Shown here: piece after piece, positions 40,009-51,338 of the stretch | How the letters are laid out: every line of letters starts with the position of its first letter | How positions within the stretch are numbered: the stretch's first letter is position 1 | From: Candidatus Omnitrophota bacterium | GTDB taxonomy: Bacteria; Omnitrophota; Gorgyraeia; Gygaellales; Profunditerraquicolaceae | NCBI GenBank assembly: GCA_018895075.1 | Contig: JAHIOW010000066.1 | Location: forward strand, 913-64,912 | Reading direction: 5' to 3' | Length of the DNA: 64,000 nt | Program-made: the position numbers and the translations under genes | The notes under the pieces: generated by a model | Databases searched by the model: none | Told to the model about the DNA's origin: nothing | The model's input: the letters and a program-made list of their open reading frames with translations, nothing else

Positions 40009-40449
40009 CTATACATTTTCCATCAACTTCTCAGCTATATCCTCAAAGGACGCCTGCCAGTTTCCATAAAAGTCCCGCCACTTTTCCTTTGCCCAGATTT
40101 CAATTCGGTTAGAGACGCCTACGATAACCACATCTCTTTTTATCTGGGCAAAATCCTTAAGATACAGCGGAATTAAAATGCGCCCTTGTCTATCGGGTAA
40201 GACTTCTACCGCACCCGAAAAATATAAGCGATTAAATGTGCGCGCCTGCTGTTTAGTAAAAGAAATAGCTTTAAACTTCGCTTCCTGTGTCCGCCACTCC
40301 TCTTCCGCAAACATAAAAAGACATTTATCCAACCCCCGGGTAACAAAAAATCTTTCTATAAAACTAGATTTGGCAACCTCGCGAAATCTGGCAGGTAAGA
40401 TAAGACGACCTTTGCGGTCTATGGAGTGCAGATACTCCCCGTAGAACAT
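40009..40449 (-). CDS. mraZ: Transcriptional regulator MraZ
   Basis: MFYGEY, DRKGRL, DRQGRI, RIEIW. Confidence 0.97.
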   Translation of the reverse strand: MFYGEYLHSIDRKGRLILPARFREVAKSSFIERFFVTRGLDKCLFMFAEEEWRTQEAKFKAISFTKQQARTFNRLYFSGAVEVLPDRQGRILIPLYLKDFAQIKRDVVIVGVSNRIEIWAKEKWRDFYGNWQASFEDIAEKLMENV

Positions 40450-40462
40450 ATTTGCCTTCCTT

Positions 40463-40489
40463 CCACTTTACGCCACTTTTAACCACTTT
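40463..40489 (-). promoter_or_regulatory. Three MraZ-binding repeats (AAAGTGG, 10-nt period)
   Basis: ccacttt at 40463, 40473 and 40483, upstream of mraZ. Confidence 0.85.
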
Positions 40490-40497
40490 GTATCAAA

Positions 40498-40526
40498 AGT
40501 ATAGATAAGAATTGCTGCTTTGTCAA
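40498..40526 (-). promoter_or_regulatory. sigma70 promoter of the dcw cluster
   Basis: TTGACA-17 nt-TATACT on the minus strand. Confidence 0.8.
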
Positions 40527-40643
40527 GGTAAAAATTTACCTAATTTGATGGGATACAACTAGTTGGGGATATGGCCTACTATAGGCTCTACATATTGTGG
40601 CAATGCAGAGAAATTCTGGTGGAGGATTTTTTCTAAAATATGA

Positions 40644-41567
40644 TTAATTAGGAGGGATTACCTTTTTGGCAAGAGCAACGTCTTTTTTTATCTGTTCTGC
40701 TAAGTCCTGGTGGCAGGCGAATCTTTTTTCACCTCTTATCCTTTTTATAAACTCAATCTCTAAATTTTTGCCGTAGATACTTTTCTTAAAATTAAATATA
40801 TGCACTTCAATACATTTAGTTTTCTGCTTAACAGGGAAAGAATGATTCTTAAAGGCTGACTTTCTGCCAATGTAGCAGACACCGTTTAATTTCTTATTAT
40901 TAAATATAACCTTCACCGTATACACACCTGAAGGTGGCAGTATTTCATGGTGGGGATTTATATTAGCAGTAGGAAACCCTAGCCCTCTACCCAGAGAAAC
41001 CCCCTTGATCACACTGCCCATGACAGCCACCGGGTGACAAAGCAGTCTCTGCGCAGACGCCAGGTCTCCTCTGCTAATCAATCTACGTACGTAGGTACTA
41101 CTTATGGGCTTATGGTTTATCTTGATTACATCAAATACCTTTAATTTAAAATTGTAGATCCTAGATAACCTATCTAAAGTCTTAAAATTACCCTTTGTTG
41201 CCTTTCCAAATCTAAAGTTCTTGCCCACGCATATATAATGGGCACCGATCTTTCTCATCAAAATATCTTTTATAAAATCTCCCGCTAGAATCCTAGAGAA
41301 TTCCTTATTAAATTTCATAACTATACACACCTCTATGCCGAGTTGGCTGATTAGTTTCAAACGGTGTTCTAAAGAATACAAGCTGCCTTCTTTCTGGGGA
41401 TGGGGCCAGAATGTAACTACTATGCTCTTGCCTTTTATACGGCGTGAAAGCCTTACTACATACTTCAATATCTGCCTATGGGCACGGTGCATCCCGTCGA
41501 ATATACCTAAGGCAACAACCGGCTTTCTATATCTCCTAATCCCCCTAAACCCAAATATTATTTTCAT
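40644..41567 (-). CDS. ribF: Bifunctional riboflavin kinase/FAD synthetase
   Basis: GIFDGMHRAH, ISSTYVR, LGFPTAN, EVHIF, IRGEKRF. Confidence 0.95.
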   Translation of the reverse strand: MKIIFGFRGIRRYRKPVVALGIFDGMHRAHRQILKYVVRLSRRIKGKSIVVTFWPHPQKEGSLYSLEHRLKLISQLGIEVCIVMKFNKEFSRILAGDFIKDILMRKIGAHYICVGKNFRFGKATKGNFKTLDRLSRIYNFKLKVFDVIKINHKPISSTYVRRLISRGDLASAQRLLCHPVAVMGSVIKGVSLGRGLGFPTANINPHHEILPPSGVYTVKVIFNNKKLNGVCYIGRKSAFKNHSFPVKQKTKCIEVHIFNFKKSIYGKNLEIEFIKRIRGEKRFACHQDLAEQIKKDVALAKKVIPPN

Positions 41568-41593
41568 CAATCATACCCCTTAGCGTGTCTGTC

Positions 41594-41613
41594 CCTGCCT
41601 GCCGGCAGGCAGG
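41594..41613. repeat. 20-bp palindrome CCTGCCTGCCGGCAGGCAGG
   Basis: Perfect palindrome; recurs at 43275-43294 and as a 21-nt variant at 46822-46842. Confidence 0.9.
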
Positions 41614-41691
41614 GGGTTCCTCGGACGCCCTGCTCGAAATCAAGCCAAGCCAACCCCGCTAAGAAAACTTTGTCTAATTACTATGATGTCT

Positions 41692-41863
41692 TTGATTTTA
41701 GGGTTCTTGCTGGAGCGCGCATTAGGATTTTTTCGGCAAAGGTGCGCAAGGCTTTACGATGAGCGAAGGTCGTGCGTGTCGAAAGGCGCCTCCGAAAGCG
41801 AAGAGTAAACCGTAGCGCACGGCGAAAAAATCCAGCGCGCGCAAGACAAAACCCTGAAATCAA
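41692..41863 (+). other. ~170-nt long imperfect hairpin of unknown class
   Basis: Arm pairs ttgattttagggtt/aaccctgaaatcaa, tcttgc/gcaaga, gcgcgc/gcgcgc, ggattttttcg/cgaaaaaatcc, gtgcgc/gcgcac, tttac/gtaaa. Confidence 0.75.
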
Positions 41864-41892
41864 CGTCTCATTGAACGAGAAAATCGCCAGGT

Positions 41893-42906
41893 TCATTTTA
41901 GGCTTTCCCGGATTTTGGCTAAGACCCTTTTTCTTACCTCGTCTATCTTGCCTTCAATAGTGCAACCGCTGGCAGTCTTATGTCCCCCGCCGCCAAAGAA
42001 TTGGGCAATTTTATTGACATCAACCTTGCCTTGGGACCTAAAATTTACCCTTACCTCATTTTTTTGGTCTAAATTCTCTTTAAATAAAACTGCTACTTCT
42101 ACATCCTTTATGGCGCGGGCAAAACTTAATATATATTCGCTTAAATCAAAAGATATTTTTTTATTTTTAATTAAACTCTGTTTTACTTCAAACCATGCGA
42201 CCTTTCCGTTAAAGTCTCTTCTTACAGTACTTTGTATTTTATTCAATAACCGCATATCCTCAAAAGCTATATTCTCATATACATTTTTATAAACCCCCAC
42301 TACATCTAAATTAAACTTCAGGAGTTCTGATGCTATCTTATGCGTTAAACTACTCGTATTAGAATGACGGAATGAACCGGTATCGGTAAGTATGCCCGCA
42401 TATAAAAGCATGGCTATGTCTTTATTCAAGGTAACGCCTAAGCCTTTATAAAGTTTATAAATCATCTGACAGCAGGATGAAGAATCTGGCTCTATCCAGT
42501 TTATATTGCCAAACCTTTCATTACTTATATGATGGTCAATATTAAGGATGGGCTTATCTTTAGTATTTAACTTAGAAACCTCACCGCATCTTCCCAGGTT
42601 CGAACAGTCTAGAGTTACGAAACAATCAAATTCTATATCTTTTAGGTTCTTCTTTGCGCCCTTGGCGGATTCGCCTTCGGCGAAAAATTTCCGATTAAGC
42701 TTTTCTATATTGTTTATCCCGGGTAAGAAATAATATTCGGTAGGGGTATTATCTTGATTTACAATAGTAGCCTGTTTACCTATTGCCTTAAGAAGCCTAT
42801 AGAAAGACAGCTCGGAGCCTAGGGCATCTGCCTCTAAATTTGTATGGCTGGTAATGAGAAAATTATTATTGCCTCTTATACAGGCTATTGCCTTTTTTAG
42901 ACTCAT
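41893..42906 (-). CDS. nrnA: DHH/DHHA1 nano-RNase / pAp phosphatase
   Basis: SHTNLEADALGS, LDC, IDHH, TDTG, NFRS, GGGH. Confidence 0.92.
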   Translation of the reverse strand: MSLKKAIACIRGNNNFLITSHTNLEADALGSELSFYRLLKAIGKQATIVNQDNTPTEYYFLPGINNIEKLNRKFFAEGESAKGAKKNLKDIEFDCFVTLDCSNLGRCGEVSKLNTKDKPILNIDHHISNERFGNINWIEPDSSSCCQMIYKLYKGLGVTLNKDIAMLLYAGILTDTGSFRHSNTSSLTHKIASELLKFNLDVVGVYKNVYENIAFEDMRLLNKIQSTVRRDFNGKVAWFEVKQSLIKNKKISFDLSEYILSFARAIKDVEVAVLFKENLDQKNEVRVNFRSQGKVDVNKIAQFFGGGGHKTASGCTIEGKIDEVRKRVLAKIRESLK

Positions 42907-43243
42907 TGGATTTTTTTATCTCATCCAGTATTTCTTGTATCTTAACGCTGTGTTCACTAGACCTATCCTCTTTAAAGATTAGCTCCGGTGCAAATCTTAA
43001 TCTGATTCTCTGAGCAATTAATCTGCGAATAAATCCCAATGCTGAATCCAGAGCCTGGCGCGTTTTTTGATAATCCTGGTTCTGACCTAAGACGCTGAAA
43101 AATACCTTAGCCAATCTTAAATCCGGAGTCAATTCAACCTTGGTAACCGTAATAAATCCTAAACGGGGATCTTTTAATTCGCCATGTATTATACTGCTGA
43201 TTTCTTTTTTTATTGCCTTATTGATTTTTTCCTGCCTTGACAT
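42866..43243 (-). CDS. rbfA: Ribosome-binding factor A
   Basis: LKDPRL, TVTKVELTPDL, LRFAPELIF. Confidence 0.95.
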   Translation of the reverse strand: MSRQEKINKAIKKEISSIIHGELKDPRLGFITVTKVELTPDLRLAKVFFSVLGQNQDYQKTRQALDSALGFIRRLIAQRIRLRFAPELIFKEDRSSEHSVKIQEILDEIKKSNESKKGNSLYKRQ

Positions 43244-43274
43244 TTAAATTCTCTCTTTCTAAAATATATTGCTC

Positions 43275-43314
43275 CCTGCCTGCCGGCAGGCAGGCATAAC
43301 TTATGTCCTCACTA
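43275..43314 (+). repeat. 20-bp palindrome fused to a modular-element right-end remnant (copy C)
   Basis: cctgcctgccggcaggcagg + cataacttatgtcctcacta; the remnant encodes VRT* of cca. Confidence 0.8.
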
Positions 43315-44572
43315 ACTTTTTGATCAATGCTAATTCTTCTTGTTTTGTTCTAATCCTACCATTGAGTTTTGCATTTAAAACCTCAGAGAAGATTTTCTGG
43401 TAATATGGACCGGGGGCAATACCCAATCCGGACAGATCATCTCCCGATATATACGGGCGCATGCCATTATAAATTTCAAAAAAATCCTTAATACGCCTTT
43501 GGATATTGCGGTTTTCAGACTTTGCTTTAATCAAAATGATTATCTCATAACTTAGAGGCTCAAGCAAACTAAAAATTATGGAGGGATTAACCTTAGCTCG
43601 ACTTAACCGGTGAATAAGTTTACTTCCAATTTTTTTATGGGCTAATATTCGTTTCTCTTCTCCTTTACGAAAGACGAATCTCTTACAGATTGCTTGAACA
43701 TGATTTATAGCCAGATTTTCTATCAAACCCATAAAATAAATAAGCCATGTATCCAGCGGCCTGCGCTGCGGATACTCTTGTCTAAACCATTTAATCTGCT
43801 TTTCAATCGCACGTAATAACTTATAAGTCCTCTTTGAAACAGAAAGTTCCAAAGCTATAAAATTGAACCCCAGCAACTGATGGATACGCCTTATCTGCTT
43901 TATAGGGCGTTCTTCTTTTAATATTAAAATTAACTCATCGCGTAGTCTTTGGGGTTGTACGCTCTCTAAAATTTTTAGTTTAACCGCTTTTTTTAAAAAG
44001 CCAAGCGTATCGGAATCAATTCTGAAATTATATCTTTTTTCAAACCGGATTGCCCTTAATATACGCGTAGGGTCATCAATGAAACTTAAATCATGTAATA
44101 TGCGTATCCTCTTATTGCGCAGGTCACCTTTGCCGCCAAAGGAATCTATAAACCTACCAAAGTCTCTTGGGGTTATACTTATAGCCATAGCGTTTATGGT
44201 AAAGTCACGTCTGGATAGGTCATCTTTTAGCCTGCCCTTGGCAACCTCTGGCAGACAGGCAGGTTGCGGATAAAATTCTTTTCTGGCGCTGGCAATATCA
44301 ATTTTTAAGTTAGATTTTATGACTATAGTGGCAGTTCCAAATCTTCTATGGCGGATAAGCTTTACCCCTAAGCTAGCAGCAAAATGTTCTGCGAATCTTA
44401 TGCCATCGCCTTCCACAACGATATCTAAATCTAAGTTCTTGGCGCCTAAGATTAAATCGCGTACGAATCCACCTACTAAATAGGCAGGCATCTTATTTTT
44501 AGCAGCAATATCACTGGCTAGATGTATCAAATCCTGAATTTCCTTAGGTAATTTCTCTAAATATTTTTTCAT
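43301..44572 (-). CDS. cca: tRNA nucleotidyltransferase (CCA/A-adding, PolyA_pol family)
   Basis: VGGFVRD, DLDIVV, RRDFTINAMA, DDPTRILRAIRF. Confidence 0.88.
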   Translation of the reverse strand: MKKYLEKLPKEIQDLIHLASDIAAKNKMPAYLVGGFVRDLILGAKNLDLDIVVEGDGIRFAEHFAASLGVKLIRHRRFGTATIVIKSNLKIDIASARKEFYPQPACLPEVAKGRLKDDLSRRDFTINAMAISITPRDFGRFIDSFGGKGDLRNKRIRILHDLSFIDDPTRILRAIRFEKRYNFRIDSDTLGFLKKAVKLKILESVQPQRLRDELILILKEERPIKQIRRIHQLLGFNFIALELSVSKRTYKLLRAIEKQIKWFRQEYPQRRPLDTWLIYFMGLIENLAINHVQAICKRFVFRKGEEKRILAHKKIGSKLIHRLSRAKVNPSIIFSLLEPLSYEIIILIKAKSENRNIQRRIKDFFEIYNGMRPYISGDDLSGLGIAPGPYYQKIFSEVLNAKLNGRIRTKQEELALIKKLVRT

Positions 44573-44576
44573 CTTA

Positions 44577-44645
44577 TTTAAGCTTTAAGCCGTAAGCTAT
44601 TAAGCTCTTTAAGCTTAAAACTTAAAACTTACAACTTACAGCTAC
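44577..44645. repeat. Degenerate heptamer array (TAAGCTT/TAAAACT/TACAACT)
   Basis: taagctt taagccg taagcta...taagctt aaaactt aaaactt acaactt acagct. Confidence 0.7.
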
Positions 44646-44647
44646 CT

Positions 44648-45535
44648 CTATGGCCGGGGGTGAAACGTCCGGTGTATTGTCTTAAGCCTATCCTTATTTA
44701 TATGAGTATAAATCTGAGTAGTGGAAATATTAGCGTGCCCAAGCATCTCCTGAACAGAACGTAGGTCTGCTCCCCCTTCCAATAGATGCGTGGCAAAAGA
44801 ATGCCTTAAGGTATGTGGTTTTATTGGTTTCTTAATCCTCGCCTGCCTGGCATATCTTTTTATAATCTTCCATAAAGACTGCCGAGATATTCTTTTTCCA
44901 AAGCGATTTAAAAATAAGAACTCGGATTCTTTTTTCTTTAATAACTGCGGCCGGCTAATCTCTAAATATCGCCTGATGCTGCCTATTGCCTTCTTGCCTA
45001 CGGGAATAACCCGCTCTTTATTGCCCTTGCCGATGCAACGCAAAAACCCTATATTCAAATTGACATTATCCAGTTTTAGATTTACTGCTTCTGATACGCG
45101 CATCCCTGTGGCATAAAACGCCTCGAGAATAGCCTTATCTCTGATACCTTGAGTATCCCTGATATTTGGTTGATTGAGTAATGCCTTTACCTCATTTAAG
45201 GAAAGTGTATCGGGAATCTTTTTCCATAATTTAGGTGAATCTATTAAACTGCTGGGATTATCCTTCAAGAGCCTTTCTCTTACTAAAAACCTATAAAACA
45301 CTTTGACTGCGGCCAATTGACGGGAAATTGAGTTTGTGGATAGGCCTTTATCTTTTTGATAGAGCATAAAATTGGTTATATCATTTCTAGTTGTCTTAGA
45401 TAATGCGTCTTTATTACGGCCGATAAGAAAGCCTATATAGGTACTAAGGTCTCTGCCATAAGCAACAATGGTATTGCCAGCCAGGCCGCGCTCTACAGAT
45501 AAATAATTAAGAAAGGTATCAACCAATTCTCTCAT
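44648..45535 (-). CDS. xerD: Tyrosine recombinase XerD
   Basis: YLSVERGL, YATGMRVSE, GKGNKER, HTLRHSFATH, LGHANISTTQIYTH, C-terminal FHPR. Confidence 0.93.
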   Translation of the reverse strand: MRELVDTFLNYLSVERGLAGNTIVAYGRDLSTYIGFLIGRNKDALSKTTRNDITNFMLYQKDKGLSTNSISRQLAAVKVFYRFLVRERLLKDNPSSLIDSPKLWKKIPDTLSLNEVKALLNQPNIRDTQGIRDKAILEAFYATGMRVSEAVNLKLDNVNLNIGFLRCIGKGNKERVIPVGKKAIGSIRRYLEISRPQLLKKKESEFLFLNRFGKRISRQSLWKIIKRYARQARIKKPIKPHTLRHSFATHLLEGGADLRSVQEMLGHANISTTQIYTHINKDRLKTIHRTFHPRP

Positions 45536-45536
45536 T

Positions 45537-46157
45537 TCAAATAAAAAAGGTATTGCTTTTCTTCTCCCCTCCTATAGTAGAAGATGGGCCATGGCCAGGG
45601 TAAATTACGGTATCATCAGGTAACTTAAGTAATTTATTTTTTATGGATTTTATAAGCAGCTTCTCATCTGCACCGGGAAAGTCGGTCCTGCCGATACCTT
45701 GGCAGAAGAGCGTATCGCCGGTAAATAAAACCTTACTGCAAGGCTTGCGCATTAATAGGCAGATTCCTCCTGGCGTATGGCCAGGCGTATGAATAACCTC
45801 TAATTGTATACCGTCTAATTCGATATTCTCTTTATCCTCTAGTGTTCTAATTTTAGAATTCAGGCTATAGGGCAACATAAGAAGATGGGACAGATTAAGT
45901 TCAGGATTTCTTGATAACGCTAAGTCTTTACTGTGAATATAAACAGGTATGTCAAATTTACCATCAGCGCCAATGTGGTCAATATGGGCATGGGTATTAA
46001 TAATAAATGCGGGCTTTAATTTATATTTGCCTAAGGCATACCTTATCTTATTCTCTTCATCGCCCGGGTCAATAATTACTGCCTCGGAGTCGGCACGAAC
46101 CGCCAGTATATAACAGTTAACCTGCATTGGCCCTACGCAGACCGTCTCTAGTATCAT
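45537..46157 (-). CDS. Metallo-beta-lactamase fold hydrolase (glyoxalase II-like)
   Basis: THAHIDHIG, HTPGHTPG, GDTLF, GRTD, PGHG. Confidence 0.9.
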   Translation of the reverse strand: MILETVCVGPMQVNCYILAVRADSEAVIIDPGDEENKIRYALGKYKLKPAFIINTHAHIDHIGADGKFDIPVYIHSKDLALSRNPELNLSHLLMLPYSLNSKIRTLEDKENIELDGIQLEVIHTPGHTPGGICLLMRKPCSKVLFTGDTLFCQGIGRTDFPGADEKLLIKSIKNKLLKLPDDTVIYPGHGPSSTIGGEKKSNTFFI

Positions 46158-46312
46158 ATTAAATGAGCAGACGACTTATGGAACGCAAGTGAACATAAGT
46201 CGTAGGCGAAGCCGTCTGCGAATTTAACCCCTCACCCAGAAAACCATAGCTTTCTTTGCTGCTGGCTGGGTGAGGGGTAAGTTCGGACTGATAAATTATG
46301 TCGCTTATATCT

Positions 46313-48855
<2,543 letters not shown>

Positions 48856-48863
48856 TTATCTAC

Positions 48864-49136
48864 TCAGAAATCTATCCCAAACCCTTTAAACTCACCCTTG
48901 GCTTCCTGCCACTCTACATCCACATCGTGAATATATCGGGAAAAATATTGATTTAGGCTCTTTAAAAAATCTTTTAAGGCCTCCTCCTGGCCTTCAGCTA
49001 ATACCTCAACCCTGCCATCGCTAAGATTCTTGACCCAACCAGCAATGCCTAAATCATTGGCTATATTCTCTGCGGTAAACCTAAACCCTACTCCCTGAAC
49101 CCTACCGCTATAATATACGTGCATCTGTTTTTTCAT
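48864..49136 (-). CDS. acyP: Acylphosphatase
   Basis: GRVQGVGFR, GWVKN, DGRVE. Confidence 0.95.
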   Translation of the reverse strand: MKKQMHVYYSGRVQGVGFRFTAENIANDLGIAGWVKNLSDGRVEVLAEGQEEALKDFLKSLNQYFSRYIHDVDVEWQEAKGEFKGFGIDF

Positions 49137-49359
49137 TAGATCAAGTCGCAGTTATTAAACGCAGTGCGAACCTATTTTGAAAAATTGACTACTGAAATCT
49201 AATCTATGTTACCGCGCGCGGAGCGCGCTCCCACATCTCCCGCGCAGTGCTTCAGAGCCAATGGGCAAAATTTTGGGCGGGGGCAATGAAAACCGGTCTA
49301 TTTAAACCTTAGAAAGAACAGGAAAAATTTGCTTTGAATATGTCGCAAAAATGCTACTT

Positions 49360-50292
49360 TTACGACCTCCTCCTTATTAGGTCCGCCTCTCTGCGAAGAT
49401 TGTAGTAAAATCCTCCAAATGCACTCTTTGAACTGAGTCGAAGTCCCAATTTTTCTAATTGGCATTCCACATTAGGCCCAGCTAATGAAACGTCTATCCG
49501 CTTGGTGGGATCCATCTCCAACTCAAAAATACCTTCCCCAAGGTCGCGCCTATACTTAAAATCACCGGCTACGACCGTAGTACGAGTGATGGAAGCTTGT
49601 CCCTCAGTAGACCCCTCTTTAATCCTTTCAACTCTCCCGAACACAATCCCCAGGGGAGCAAGAAGAGATGCCTCATCTACAGAACCTTTGCTCCAGTGTT
49701 CTTCAATCCATTTAGCAATGTCCTTAACCAAAGCCTCCTTCTTGCTCTGCAAAAAAACAAGAAGTGTTTGACGCTCATTGAAGGTTTTAAACACATTGTA
49801 GGCCTCTTTGGAGTCTAATGTTCCATTTGCGAGATACTTGAGATAATCGAGAAACATCAAGCGGGTGGGAGAAATCTCTGTATCCATCACTAAAGCGTTC
49901 ACTACATCTTCACCCTTGGAGAAGTCAACACCATAGAGACGCAACCTTTGTCCATTTGTTACAAGCGCCCACGGAACACTAAGATTGCGAGCATAGCTTA
50001 GTGCTTGCCGGGCTGCAACCTCATCCAAATCTCCTGCTTTTGCTTCGACAACACAAATTGGAGTATCTCCAGACATTAGCGCATAATCAACCTTTTTTGT
50101 TTCGGATCCCATGGTCACTGGAAATTCATGGCGAACAAAATTGGGGTCGGTAGGATCCCAAAGCAAAGCAGTTAATAATGGTTCAATAAGGTATTTCTTT
50201 ACTTCAACCTCTGTCCATTTTTGGAACTGCTCTCTAAACGAGTTGACACGTTCGGCGTACTTTATAAGGTTATCGTTTATTTCTTCGCTCAT
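49360..50292 (-). CDS. HsdR N-terminal-like PD-(D/E)xK nuclease domain protein
   Basis: TEVEVKKYLIEPLL..LLW, RHEF, KVDYAL, VVEAK, RQALSYA, LVTNG. Confidence 0.8.
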   Translation of the reverse strand: MSEEINDNLIKYAERVNSFREQFQKWTEVEVKKYLIEPLLTALLWDPTDPNFVRHEFPVTMGSETKKVDYALMSGDTPICVVEAKAGDLDEVAARQALSYARNLSVPWALVTNGQRLRLYGVDFSKGEDVVNALVMDTEISPTRLMFLDYLKYLANGTLDSKEAYNVFKTFNERQTLLVFLQSKKEALVKDIAKWIEEHWSKGSVDEASLLAPLGIVFGRVERIKEGSTEGQASITRTTVVAGDFKYRRDLGEGIFELEMDPTKRIDVSLAGPNVECQLEKLGLRLSSKSAFGGFYYNLRREADLIRRRS

Positions 50293-50398
50293 TCTGTCTC
50301 CTTGTATTTATTTGAGTGGCCAAACATATACTGGTTTTTCAACCTTAACTTCTCTGCTATCTGCTTGTTGTTGGCATCCTAAAATATGAGCACCTAAT

Positions 50399-50722
50399 TT
50401 ATTTTTTTAGGGTAGGACTGTCTTTTAATCTCCCACCCTGCCAGCCGGTATTTGAAACCTTTACAAAATCATGCAATTTACACTTTGAACAATACAGTTC
50501 AAAAGCAACGGTGAAATCTCTCTTGACCTTAGGGCGATCCTCTTTCGCATATTCAGCCGGCCCTTCATTTACAATACCAAAATCTAAAATCTGCAAGACG
50601 TGAGCGTTTCCACATTTAGAACAGAAGAAATAGAAGTAATCTGTGTCTGTTGTGCCGGTAAGTCTTCCATTACTTATATTCTCTGATCCATGAAAAGGTT
50701 TTCCATTATTGAATTTTTTCAT
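50399..50722 (-). CDS. Small hypothetical Zn-binding protein
   Basis: Two CSKC motifs; purine-rich RBS gagggg before ATG. Confidence 0.7.
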   Translation of the reverse strand: MKKFNNGKPFHGSENISNGRLTGTTDTDYFYFFCSKCGNAHVLQILDFGIVNEGPAEYAKEDRPKVKRDFTVAFELYCSKCKLHDFVKVSNTGWQGGRLKDSPTLKK

Positions 50723-50780
50723 TTTCCCTCTTAACTTTCCTACTTTCCTTCAAAATGCCACAGAGTTTATCGTCCAATCA

Positions 50781-51134
50781 TTATTTATTCTGCATTTTTA
50801 TATCATATTCTCTTCTGTCTGTGGGCATAGCCGAACCAAAATCCCCCGCTCTGCCGTATTGAACTACTTTTCCATTCTCTAATGTTACCCAAAAATACTC
50901 TCTATCCCCCCAAGTCGAATCCCAAGTAGGATATAGAACATATTCTAAAATTTCTTTATTGGATTGCCCTTTGGAGGAAACGGGAGTTCCCATTATTTTT
51001 ATTACTTCTACCTTAGTCATACCTAAACTTATAAGGTTACTTCTTTTTGTGGTAGCACACCCACACAACCCCATAAGAGAAAGCGTTAATATACAACAAA
51101 GACAAGTCATTACTATTTTGGATATCTTACCCAT
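50781..51134 (-). CDS. Small lipoprotein, SmpA/OmlA-like
   Basis: LCGC lipobox, ISLGMTKVEVIKIMGTP, KEILEY; likely start ATG 51134. Confidence 0.7.
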   Translation of the reverse strand: MGKISKIVMTCLCCILTLSLMGLCGCATTKRSNLISLGMTKVEVIKIMGTPVSSKGQSNKEILEYVLYPTWDSTWGDREYFWVTLENGKVVQYGRAGDFGSAMPTDRREYDIKMQNK

Positions 51135-51169
51135 AACACACCTCACTTTTTCTTGCTCTTTATCTCTCC

Positions 51170-51277
51170 TTACCTTTCCACCAGCATCTCTGCCGCCTCT
51201 TCTAGATCTTCCGGAAACACGTCAACATAATACCTCAATGTCGTCGCCACATCTGAATACTCTAAATATTTACTTTT
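51170..51277 (-). pseudogene. Tyrosine integrase C-terminal remnant 1
   Basis: Translates to KSKYLEYSDVATTLRYYVDVFPEDLEEAAEMLVER*, resembling the LGHS..TT.rY box II. Confidence 0.65.
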
Positions 51278-51338
51278 ACGAAGCAAAAATTTGGGTGAGT
51301 GCCGTAAGGCACGAACCTTTTATGCTGTGTTAACCGAC
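51273..51338 (-). other. Truncated attC-like site
   Basis: GTCGGTTAAC overlaps the gene stop, followed by gtgcc-tta-cggcac and ttttgc-ttc-gtaaaa hairpins; right arm missing. Confidence 0.55.

Noticed and set aside
41681-41960. ORFs 41681-41896(-) and 41772-41960(+)
   Set aside because: Arg/Ala-rich read-through of the GC-rich hairpin; no RBS or family features.
44248-44266. ctggcagacaggcagg in cca resembling the CCTGCC palindrome
   Set aside because: Encodes PACLP at a position where this family has a similar motif; no evident insertion.
44648-45535. xerD as the mobiliser of the repeats or islet
   Set aside because: Looks like the housekeeping XerD in a core-gene context; nothing links it to the elements.
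49137-49360. Search for a duplicated tRNA-Pro 3' end (attR)
   Set aside because: No copy of the tRNA 3' sequence was found by eye.
50293-50398. Possible second attC (GCCAAC...GTTAAG) between the Zn protein and the nuclease
   Set aside because: Cores are not complementary, the spacing is too short and there is no convincing stem.
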